Below are positions 10,821-22,800 of a DNA stretch of 64,000 nucleotides, piece after piece (position 1 is the first letter of the stretch; each line of letters starts with the position of its first letter). The notes below the pieces were generated by a model. It worked only from the letters and a program-made list of their open reading frames with translations, was not told the origin of the DNA and did no database searches. The stretch is taken from assembly GCF_035594765.1 (NCBI RefSeq), contig NC_085847.1, forward strand, positions 5,766,001 to 5,830,000, written 5' to 3'. The position numbers and the translations under genes were made by a program. The DNA is from Anolis carolinensis. Lineage: Eukaryota.

Positions 10821-13800
10821 TTAGTAGGGCCGGTCTCTGCGGTCCTGGCGGTGCTCTCCCCTAAAAAAGGGAAACAACAACAAAGAGGGTCACACTCTCT
10901 CAGCCGCCAAGCAAGAAGCAGGCACACACTGTCGTTGCATTCATATGCATCTGCTAATCCTGCTCTCCATTGCCCTCTTGTGGCTGTGTCTAAGCCATAC
11001 ATACCTATCAGTATATTTCACCCTTTGGGGTGAGGAGGGCGGAATATAAATACTATACACAAATACAAATAAATCCATCAGTCAGCAGCTAATCTTTTCT
11101 ATACAGCACCCTCTGGTGGCTGCATCTGAGCACTACATACAGACCGATCTAGAGGCTAATACTGTCTCTCCACTGCCCTCTTGTGGCTGCATCTGAGTCC
11201 TGCGTACATCTAGATGTAGAGGCTGACAGTGAAGCCTCCCTCTCTCTCTCTCTCTGTCTGTCTGTCTATGCACCCCGGGGTCTCTTCGTCCCCCCTCCCC
11301 CTTGAGCCCCGCTCCCCTCCTCGCCATCCCTACTTGTCCATCTTCCCGGGTCCTCCTCCTCCTCCTCCGCGCCGTCCTCCTCCTCGGCCTCCCATCTGCT
11401 CCATCAGTGGTCCAGGGGGTCCCCCAAGGCCTCCGCGGCGCCCCCCTCCGAAGCCGCCACCTCGGTCCATGCCCCGTCCTCGGAAGCCCCCTCCTCGGTC
11501 TCCGCGCCCCCCTCGGAACATCCCTCCGGGGCCCCCGCGGTCCATCAGGCCTCCTCCGCGGCCGCCTCGCATGCCGCCTCCGGGGCTGCCCCTTCCGCCG
11601 CGGTCGCCACCTGAAGCGGAGAGAGACGGCACCGGGCGTTCGGACAACGGCATCACACAAAGGCCAGCAGAAGCCAATCCCCGCAGCTCCGGAATAGGGG
11701 ACCCTCGTCACATGACGAAAGCAGCAAGCACAACAAGACACACCCAGACGCACGGGATCTGGACCCTCAACTGGCCCCATGGGTCAACTTCTTCCAGCCA
11801 ATCTATAGCATCTGGAGATTTCTGGAGAACCTTCGTAGGAATCTCTGGTCCCTCCACTGTGACTCCATGGTCAACTTCCTCCAGTTGTATTGGAGGCTCT
11901 AGATGTTTCTAGAGAACATCTTTTTAGGTCATCTAGAAAAACTCTAAAATCACCCTCCATAGAGACAGGCTGGAAGACCTGGACATTTCTAGAAACAACA
12001 CCTCTCTAGGAATCTCTAGGTCCCCCAGGGCAATTCTGTGGCCAATTGTTTCCATTTGTGGTGAAGATCCTAGAGATTTCGAGAGAGAATACATCCCAAA
12101 GAAGTTTTCAATCCTCCATTGCGGTTAAATTGTCAGAATTCAACCATAGAGCCATAGCTGTTGTTTGCCACAGGGATATGGAGATCCTGTTCCCCATTTG
12201 CCAAAACATATCTACATACGGTAACATAGAAATCCCTTTCTCTGTCTTGGGCTCCTTTGCCATAGCTATATGGAGATAAGCCTCCTTCAGATCTAGACAG
12301 AGATCATACATCCTCCTTCCCTCAGGCTCTCCTTGAAATACTTTTAGTTGTGTTTGTTATTTTTGATTGAATCCCACACTGGCCACTTTTGGAGCACAGC
12401 ACCCTATTTCCTTGATTCCAAGACACATGCTAATTTCAGTGCCACCACCAACAAAGAAAAGCCGTATCTAACGGTAAGAAAAGCACCCAGTTTCTCGAGA
12501 TGGCAAAAACCTGCGCATCTTCAAATCAAAGATACCATTTTTTTTTAGCAAGCCATGCAACCTTATTGTGTTTTCAACATGGGTTTGAGGGGTGAATGAA
12601 GCATGGGGAGGAAAAGGAGACCAAGATGGCGGCAAAAGAACTTTCCAAAGAGCCTTCGACCCCAAGGGCAGAGCCCCCCATGCATTTCACAAACAAAAGA
12701 GTGGTGCCATAAGTGACCTTGCATCACAAATGCCAAGGCTGCCCATTTTGCAGTTTCCCAACACACCAACTGATGCGGGATGCATTCGAGGCCTAAAGTT
12801 TGGCAAGTGGTTCCAGTATGGCTTCCCTCTGGGGCGCTTCCCTCCCTTGGTGCCCTCCTCACAAACCTGAAGCGGGGACAGCAATACCCAGCATCCCCCT
12901 CCCCAATTAGTGGAAGCATCACCAGCTAAAAGTGGGCAGTGCAACGGTGTGCCGTTGCGGCCCCGTGACGCTCTTCTGGAGTACACAAACGAAGGGAAAA
13001 GGGTAATACCACCTGTGCGAGCGAACGCCCTTACCACTATTTGTCCCGTAAATGAGCCCTCTAAGTGGCATCGGCTTCCCAAGCAAGAATCCAGGACCTT
13101 GTGGACATCACATAAGCAGAGGTCAGTGTCAACGTCAGGCCCGGAGCCCCGCCCCAGAGGTCGGCCGGAACGACGGGAAACGTACCTGGAGGTGGGAAGG
13201 GCGGCGGGAGGAAGCCTTCCGGTTTCGGGGCCTTGCACTGGTTGCACTCGGTCCTCCAGGCAAAGTTCTGGTTGCCACACCCCCTGTGGAGGAGGAGGAA
13301 GCCGTTGGTCTCCTCCGGGCCATTCTGTGGCATGCGGCCATCGGACCTTGCCACAGAATCGCATTGGAGGGCCTAGAACACTGACCCTGAGTCAAAGCAA
13401 GAGCCTGAGGGGTGGCGGGAAAAGGCGGCCACTTACGGGTTGGGGCACTGCCAGTCGCCCGCTCTGTGCTGGACATTTCCTCCGCCAGAAGGGTTTCCCC
13501 TTGACCCTCGCAATCCTCTTGGGGCAAAGCCGCCGCCTCGGTCACCTCCTCGGCCCCCCATGCGACCCATAGGGCCACCAGGACCTCCGGGCCCCCCGGG
13601 GCCTCCAAGACCTAAAAAAATGGAGACGGTGAAGCCTACCCGTCCATTCAACGACCATATGAAAACATCCTGTATGAATCCCTTTCTATCTGGGTCTTTT
13701 CCTAACAGTATATGGAGATCAAGCTCCAGAAAATCCCCGCTTCTTTCTTGGCCTCGTCTCCCATTCTGAATTGGAGAAACTTTGCAAAATCCTTTGGGGT

Positions 13801-16800
13801 GGGGTTACCTCCGCGGAGAGGGGGCGGCATCCCGCGGGGCTCACGGGGAGGCATTCCTCCTCGCATGCTGTTCAGGGGCTTCTTCCGAGGGAGAGAGACC
13901 TTCAGCTTGCTGCCCTGGAAGTCTTTGCCTGGAAGACAGGAAGGAAACCCTGACGCTCCACAGTGGCTGTTGTGTGCCCTCGAGCCCTAGCACAGAGCTT
14001 CCTGAGGCTGAGAGGCTGGCACTTGACTGAGGCTGCCCAGTAGATTTCCATGCCCAAGCAGAAATCTGGACCCTCGCCTCCCAAGATTTGCTTATATCAC
14101 CATATAAAAATGGTAAATATAAAAGTAATCAATTTAACAATAAATATATTAAGTAAAATAATAAATATATTATTGTAATTCACTCACCATCAAGCCATTC
14201 CACGGCCGCTTTGGCCGTTGGCGGATCATCGTAGCACACAGTTGCGTCTCCCTTGGGCTTCCCTGTGTCTTTATCAAGGTATATGGTTATCATGGGCTGT
14301 CCTGTTCTTTTATTCATCTAAAAGTGAGAAAAAGACGATGCCCGTATCTTGAAAACGTTCCCCTTCTCCCCCCATCATCCCCTCCGTTAGGAAAATGCCT
14401 CAGCAAAGGGGCTCTGGTAGCAATCCAGCCCAAATTCCACACGTTTCCAGGACAAGCGAGGCCATGGGAAGGGAACACACACCTTGACCACGCCACACTG
14501 CTTGAAGAAGTCCGTCAGCTCCTCGAGGGTGACGTTGTCAGTCAACCCTTGAACGTACACTGCGCTGTTGTCGGCATCGTCATCTAGGTCCAGAGGTGGG
14601 CCTGCGGAGAGACGGAAGCAAGTCAGAACGCGCCCCTTGCCGCACCCCCCCCCCCCAATGGTTCCCACGGCCAGGCCCCGGCCCTCACCGAGGTCGAGGT
14701 CCGGCCCGTCGTCCAGGTGTCCTGCCGCCCGAGGAGGAGGAGAAAGAAACCACAGAAGGACCCATTAGTATGCACTGAAGCGACGCCCGCACAAAAACAC
14801 ACCGCTACCTATATTTCCAACCATTTTATTGGATGGCATGTGTTTTTAAAAACTCAAATTGACCGCACTGCAAAACAAAAAAAAATTGCAATGCACACCC
14901 ATCTTAAAAATAGAGATGCATTTGGGGCTTGCCATTGTAGCAGCCTTCTAAACCATCACCTGGGTCATAGAGGGGCTTCTCTCTCTTAGGGGGCCAATGG
15001 GGGGGGGGCTCTTGTTTACCAAGATTATTTTTAAAAACCAAACCAAACACCAAAGCCTCTTACAGAGTGGTTCCTTCCCCAAATTACAAAAAAGGGAGCC
15101 ATTCCTCTCCATCCTTTCATCAACCCTTTTAGTACCCGTCGTTTTTACACCCGTCTCTTTGTGCTTTTGCAACCACCGTAAGCGTTAAAACCTTTTTGGC
15201 AATACCGGCAGGACCCGTTAAAAGACTTCTATGGCATGTCTTTAAAAAACCGCTTTAGAAATAATACATTATTTTTCTGGCTGCATTTTATTTTATTACT
15301 TTTTATTTTTTGTTTTTAAAACCACTAGTATCCCCCGTCGTAATGCTCAAAAACTTACCACCAGGCTTACTGAAGCCAACTCGCTCTCCAGCGCTGCTGG
15401 GGGGATAAACGAAGACATGAAGGCCTTTTTTCCCTTTAAATATATAGGGAGCCTCAGGGGGCTCCAGGGAGGAGGAGGAGGAGGAGGAGGAGGAAGAAGA
15501 AGGTGGGGTCTGGCTAAACATAGATTCCAAACAAGGCATCTCTCTGTCCTCTCTGTCTCTCTCCTTTCTTTTTCTTTCTTTCTTTCTTTCTCTCTTTCGT
15601 CACTAGGCCTTTCTTCGGGGCTCCTCGCGTTCATAATCGCCAACCTTTTTGTGTTTTGTTTTTTGACGGAGGTTTGTTTTTTTTTTGCCCCATTTTTTAG
15701 GGACGGCATTAAAACTGCAATACTTGGCCAAGGAAAAAAAAATCAAAAACAAGCACGTTCCCTACGTAATGATATATATATATGTATATATATTATTTAA
15801 GCATGAATTTAAAGTACTAAAGAATGGGTCCGAGGGCTCCCTGCCTCCCTCCCGCATCCGCAAACTTGTGCCTTCATCCTCTTTGGGGAGATTTTAACAA
15901 GGCTATGGTTGGACGCTGGTGACGCTTCCTGTCTGGAGAACCCGTTAAGCATTAACAATCAATGAATCAATGGGAGAAAGCGGAAGAAATCAAGAAAAAG
16001 AATAACAACAACAAATCCTAAACCATACATTCAACTGGATTTTTTTTTTTAAAAAGAAACATTCTTCTGCAGAAGGAGCGCTTTACAAAAATAATAGACT
16101 GAGGTTTTCGAAGGCCTGAAGGCACAGCTTTGCGGAGGCAAGGAAATCAACACAGTACAATATGCGTCTAGGATTTAAAGATCTAATTTACAGGGAAAAT
16201 AATAGGGTCAATCAATAGGTTTTGCTTTGAACAGCTTATCTAATTTACAGGCAAAATTGTGGCCAATCAATAGGGTGAATAATATTTTTGGAAGGAATAA
16301 TTGAAGGCTTAAGGAAGGAGGGAGTAGGACCAACAGTTCTCGCAAGTATTGCACTTTTAATCCAAAATATATAGTTCATATACACAATTCCCAAGCTGTG
16401 ACATGCAGCTCTGCTTCTCCCCCACCCCCAAATACCACATATATATATGTATCCCTTTTTTATTAACAGATGTTTACACTTTTCTTAATGTTACACAATG
16501 CTAAAAGTTAATCACACCTCCCCTCTTTGCTTCTATTAACCACACATGAAGTTACCAAAAGTTTACACAGAAGGTTTCTTTTTTTGTTTTCCATTTACAC
16601 AACAATGAACACATCGGGTTAAAAATAATATAGATTTCTATATGTGTGTGTGTTTTGTTTTTTTTCCTCTCCATATGGACACCGTGTCTAGTCCCACTTT
16701 TCATAATGGCTGCCGGCTGAGTACTGAGTACTTTTTTTAAAGCACTGAGGTGTATACAAGGCTCTCACTTTGTAAACCTGTAGCATATAAATGCGACAAA

Positions 16801-19800
16801 GCATGTTAAAAAGGTTCCATGTTTAATTAACAGCCAGTGAAAATTATATTTAAAAAGAGATATAGATAATCGAGGCAATGAAAAAGGGCATGTTAAGAAC
16901 ATTGGGCTCCTTACCTGCCGGAGGGACGGCAAAACGCATCACCGCATCAATGAAAGGGGGCAAAAAAATCCCCATTTAGTGGCCAATTTATGCTACAACG
17001 AAGCCGCTTTTCAGCTTTGAACAAACCCAGAAATCCTCCCCATAATTTTCACAAATCAATCTATATTGAAAGGATGATATCAGAAACCAATCCACATAGA
17101 AAGGATGATATCGGAAGGCAATCTATACTGAAATGACGATATCTATATTGAAAGGACGATATCGGAAATCAATCTGTATTTAAAGGATGATATTGTAAAA
17201 CAATCTATACTGAAAGGACAATATTGGAAACCAATCTATATTGAAAGAATGTTATCAGAAATCAATTATATTAAAAGGATGATATTGGAAATCAATCTGT
17301 ATTGAAAGGATGTTATGGGAAATCAAAGGACAATATCAGAAACCAATTTATATTGAAAGGACAATACTGAAAATCAAAGGACGATATTGGAAACTGGCCT
17401 ATATCGAAAGGATGATATCGGAAACTAATCTATATTGAAAGGACGATATCGGTAATCAATTGTATTGAAAGGATGATACTGGAAAGCAATCTATATCAAA
17501 AGGATATCAGACCAATCTATATTGAAAGGACGATATCAGAAACCCTCCCATAATGGAAAGTGATGCGGTGATAGCCGTTTTAAGTGTCCACCATCTACAT
17601 AACATATATATACAGCACTAATGGAGCCCTTTTCCATTCAAGCCAAGTCTGGAAGGGTTTAAAACTCTCCGACATTTTAATTTAAGTTTTAATAATATAT
17701 ATATATTTTTAAAGGCTTGGTTGTCGTTAACACATTGTAACAATTTAAAGATTGAAAAACCCATCTGATTTCATTTGCATCAAACTATGCAGAGTGGGTA
17801 TTATTTTTCTTTTGGATGGGTCAAAACCAATAAAAAATAAATAAAATAAATAAATTTGGCACGACAAGGGCCATGTTTCCTCCACCCTCTTTAACAATAA
17901 TAACAATAACGTATCATATCTAATAATAATAATAATACCAAGAAAACTCTGCATAGTGTGGATTAGACACATGGATGGAACACACACAACAGTCCCCTTG
18001 TTGTCATCTCTTGTGCTTGAGAATAAGGCCCGAAACCAAGGCGGGAGTGGATTTGGGAGGTCTGAATGCTCCGTGGGGGGAACTGGGCCAAAGGGCTGGC
18101 TCTCTTTGCCCCCAAAACCAACCTTCAACATGGAGAGAGAGTGGCTACCTATTGGAGAGCATTGGGGGCACCGCTACGGAGGCCTGGGGCGGACGGAGGC
18201 CTCTTCCCAAAAACCTGAGACACCTTTTGTACGTACCTGCAGTGTCTGGAACAGAAAGCGTAATGGAAGGGCCCCACAGAAGGGTGTTGTGTGTGTCCGA
18301 CCCCAAACATTTATTTATAAAACAACCCACTGTGGAAAGGAGCTGAAAGTTCCCCCCAAAACCCCCCACTCTCCTCCCGACCCAAGCAAAACGCTCCTAT
18401 CCCCCTTAGCAATGGAGAAACCAGAGTGGCCTGCGCCCCCCTCTTTCAGCCCCCCTTTCCACTGCTCACCCTATTGGGGGGCAAAGGTCATATTAGGTGA
18501 GAGGAGAAAAGGGTTTGCTCTTACCCCATTCCGCCTCCACGGCCTCCCCCTCGGCCCCCTCGGCCCATGCTGCCGCTTCCTCCTCCGCGGTCAAACCCTC
18601 CTCGGCCCCTGCCCCGGCTGTCAGGGCCGCTCAGGCTGCGGCTCTCCCCCGAGAAGCCCCCCGAATCCTGGCCGTAGAGGCCCATGCTGCTGGGGTGGTC
18701 CTGGCGGAAGGAGCCTGGGCAACAGAAAGGAAGGAAGGAAGGTAAGCGCCCCTCATCCTGAGAATCTGCCAGCAGACAGTCACAGCCCAGCCCCATTCTG
18801 CCTTAAAGATTGCCGTCTCTCTTAAAATGGGTGATTAGATTATTACAGAATCACAGCTGAAAGAGACCACCAAGGGCCATCCAGTCCAATCCCCCTTTTC
18901 CCATGAAGGAAAACACAATCAAAGCCCTCCTGGCAGACCACCATCCAGTCTGTATGAAAATTCTACTGTCTACTGGTGGGAACCTATCCAAAGCTTCCTC
19001 CCACTTCAAAGCAAAATGCTTCAATCCAAGGCATGAAAGTATGCTGATGAGGACTCACTGGGCTGCCCATAGCCGCTGCTCTGCTGGCCGTACTGGCTGG
19101 GGGTCTGGCTGTAGGAGCCGGTGGGCGGTGGGTAGCTGGTGGGGGGCTGCTGGCCGTAGCTGCTCTGCTGCCCATAGGCTCCTTGTTGGCCGTAGCCGCT
19201 CTGCTGCCCATAGCTGCTCTGCTGGGAGTAAGTACCCTGGTCGTAGCTGCTTGGCTGGGAGGAGGAGTAGCTGGGGAGAGAGGGGAGGAGGGAAAAGATG
19301 CAGAAGATTACCAAGACAGGCCTCTGCACAGCATCACCATCAGAGCCATCCAAATACCACTGCCCTGTGGCCATAACTGCATTATAGAATAATAATAGCA
19401 ATAATAATGTGTGCTGTGTGTTTATTTATATTCTGTTTTTCTCCCCACAAAGCATTTCACACGAAAGGGAATGAGACATACCTGGTGGGAGGGTAGGATG
19501 GAGGGGCAGTCACCGGCTGCATGGGGTAACTTCCTGGGACCTGGTAACTGTAGTTACTTTGCCCATATCCCAGGCTGGGCTGGCTGTAGCCGGCGGTGCT
19601 AGACTGCGGCTGGCTGCTCTCCGCAGGCTTGGTCCCATCCTGGGGCCTTTTTTAACAAGAAGAAACCAGGGACAGAAGTAGGTTATTTGAGCAAGCCCCA
19701 GCATCCACTTCACTGCAAGTAGACATTCTGAATAATTTAACCCAATGTATTTTTTGCTTTGAAATCTATGATAACATAGTAAACAAACCAGCCTTATGGG

Positions 19801-22800
19801 GTGTCCCTCCCAAAAATACCCCCTGCCAGTATCTGAAGTTGTATTATGATGGCTCTGCCAAGTCTGGTGCAGACCTTTTGTGGATCAAACATATATACAT
19901 ATACACACACACACACATACATGTGCTTAATTACCTGGCGGTGGCGGTGGCAGCCGGCTGCTGCCCATAAGAGGGGTAGGCTGGTTGGGTGCCATAGGCA
20001 GAAGGGGCAGCATAGGAAGCCTGGGTGGTGGTGGCCGTGGCCGCAGTGGTGTCGTAGGTGGCCGTGCCATAGCCCTGGGTGGGCTGGCTATAGGCCTGAG
20101 GGGCAGCCGGGGCAGTATAGCCTACCGCAAAGGAGAACCCAGTGAGGAAAAAAGCCAATGACAGGCACTATTACAGAGCAGACATGAGGCTAAAAGGCCC
20201 ATCAACCCCCCCTCCATTAAGAAATTCTGATTTAGGTTCTTAAAACTGGCATCAGATATCTTACAGTAGTTAAATATCTTCTAATTGCTCTTTCCTGCTA
20301 CAGACAAGGATCCAAAGTGTAACAAGAGAATGTCTATCAAAGACAAACAACCAAGCAGAATCAATATCCAAAGAGGACAAACGATGGCAACAAAACAATA
20401 CCAACATCCATAAGAGTCTGCATCCAAAATATCATATAAATTAATGTTAGCCCGTGTCCAGAACGCACATGCAACATATATATTATCAATGGATGCCATG
20501 AAGCCCAAGCTCTGTCTCACCAACAACAAAGGAATCAACTATGTACTTGTCCCTGCTATGTCTATCTTTGCTGTATAAATATAATCTAACAATAAAAAGA
20601 TAATAAGATACACTAATACTACTAATAATATAATGACAACGCAATAATAATATAATATTAATAATAATATACTATTATGCTACACTATTTACACAAAGAG
20701 AAAACATGGTATTGAATCACTGGGATACTTCCAACAAAATGCTCCCATGCATTTTAATTCATCTGACTGCTGAATTCCTGAGATATTCCTCAAAGCAGGG
20801 ACAGAACTCTATAGGTTGAAGGGCACAAGCCAAAAATTACAGAGGTTGATGAGGAACCATGCAGAAATGACCACCGAATACGTCTCATTCATGCTGTTCA
20901 CCCTTTAAGAACAGTAACGGCAGCTGGTTTGGACCATTTTAATATGTAGGTTAAATATGCAAAACAGCACCCTTTATATCATTGGGCAGATCTAGGGGCC
21001 CAATCTGCTGCCCCCCAAATGGAGTGTTTTAGGTGTCAAGAGAGTTAATACATTAAGTGGCTTGGATTCACATTTTTTGCGGCCATTTGGGGCATCTAAA
21101 GTGCCCTATGGACCCTTAGGGCTACACTTTTGCCTACTTCTTTGGCTTTATAGCATCAAAATCTCCATTAAAATAAAGGGTCAACACCATCAATGCGGAC
21201 GGAACGGGACCAATATGTTTCTCCATGCAAAAATGGAGGGGGTCCAAACCTGTACTGGTCCCTTCTACTGTGGGAAGCACCAGGAAGAGGAGGAGGAGGA
21301 ATAGGAGGAGGAGAGGCACAGTCAGAATGTGAAGTTTACCCATCATCATCAACAACAACAACACCATATTCAAGTGAACTCAAGTCTTCATATGCAAAAT
21401 ATGGACCACCCCCCAAAAAAACCTGGTTTCCCTTCTGCCATCGCGCAAGGCCTCAAAACTGCACCTACTATAGTGGTTCATAATATTCCAGAGAAATTAC
21501 TGGTATAGTTTGAAGTCTCCCTCACATTTTTTTCAAAGCACCTCAGGAAGGCTTGTATTGCAGGGGAAAGAAGGAAGGAAAAAGGGAGGGAGGGAGGGGA
21601 GAAAGAAAGAAGAAAAAGGAAATGAGAAAGAAAAGAGAGGGGAGGGTGCAAGAGGAAGGAGAGAGGAAAAAAGGAAGGGAGAAGGAAGGTAAAGAGAAGG
21701 AAGGAAAGATGGAAAGAGACAGAAAGGCAGGTAGGAAGGAAAAAAAGGGGGGAAGGAATTCAGAATCCAGGAAGCATCTCATAGTAGGTCTGAACCTGGG
21801 ACTGTGGGTCTGACCGCACCCGGTCTGAAATGACTGGAAGGCTCACAAGGACAGCAATCCTAATGGCTCTTCCTGACTTAGTCCTCTTTCAGATTGGCCC
21901 CTTATGAGCAACGAGAGACTCACCGGTCGGGGGCTGCCCATAGGAGCTGGCATAGGCCGTCTGCCCATACGAAGCTGTTGTCTGGGCCTGGCTGTAGCTG
22001 GCATCGGTGGGCTGCCCGTAGGTCCCATAGCTCTGCTGCCCATAGGCCTGCTACACAGAGAAAGAGAGATAAGGTTCAGATAACACTCAAAGGCTTACAA
22101 TTGCAGTAGCAGCCCTGAAGGCCCACTTCCTGTTTCATACTTAGAGATAAGAACATTAAAGGACAGGACGACATGTTATATTGCCCACAAAAGGCAATGC
22201 AATCTCTGATGGATTGCTTTGCACCCCAGCTATGTGACTGGCCTAGAAAATATTATCTCAAATAACAATAATAATATCACTTTTTAAAATGTTCCCCAAA
22301 CCTCAGCAATTAATGATGCCATTTAACCTACATACTTGAGGCTTGGTTTTAATTCCGGGAATATCAGCTTAAACTGAAGCATATTACTCGAGTTTATTTA
22401 CCAGCGGGCCGCTCGGTTTTACATTCAGGGTGAATGCCATTATGCCTTACCTGGGTGGTCTGGGCATATCCTTGAGCGGGCTGAGCCGCATAAGCAGCAT
22501 AGCTGGGAAAGGAAGAAAGACAAAGGATGAATGCAGGCAGTGATGACAGGAAGTAGTTTGAAGCTGGGCACTAACCCGCTAACCCCCAACCTTTTGACTT
22601 AACTAAGGGGACGGTTGTGTAACAGGTAAGCTCTAGGCCACCAAACCCATTGCAAAACTATTGTGGAAAGCAGCTTAACTCATTCTGCTAGTATTGATTT
22701 AGTTCCACTGAAAGTCAACACGACCCTTGGCCCATCTGATTTGCAGAAGAGGACACTAGGAAAAAACTTACCTCTGCTGGGCTGCCGCTTGGCTGTAAGT

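Noticed and set aside
16900-17580. Box C/D snoRNA suggested by TGATG motifs
   Set aside because: No matching CTGA box with a terminal stem at snoRNA spacing; the motifs are better explained as duplex arms.
17956-18825. 289-aa plus-strand ORF, and similar ORFs at 11229, 12910, 26318, 31141 and 45049
   Set aside because: Antisense shadows of GC-rich exons of EWSR1, RHBDD3, SF3A1 and RNF215.
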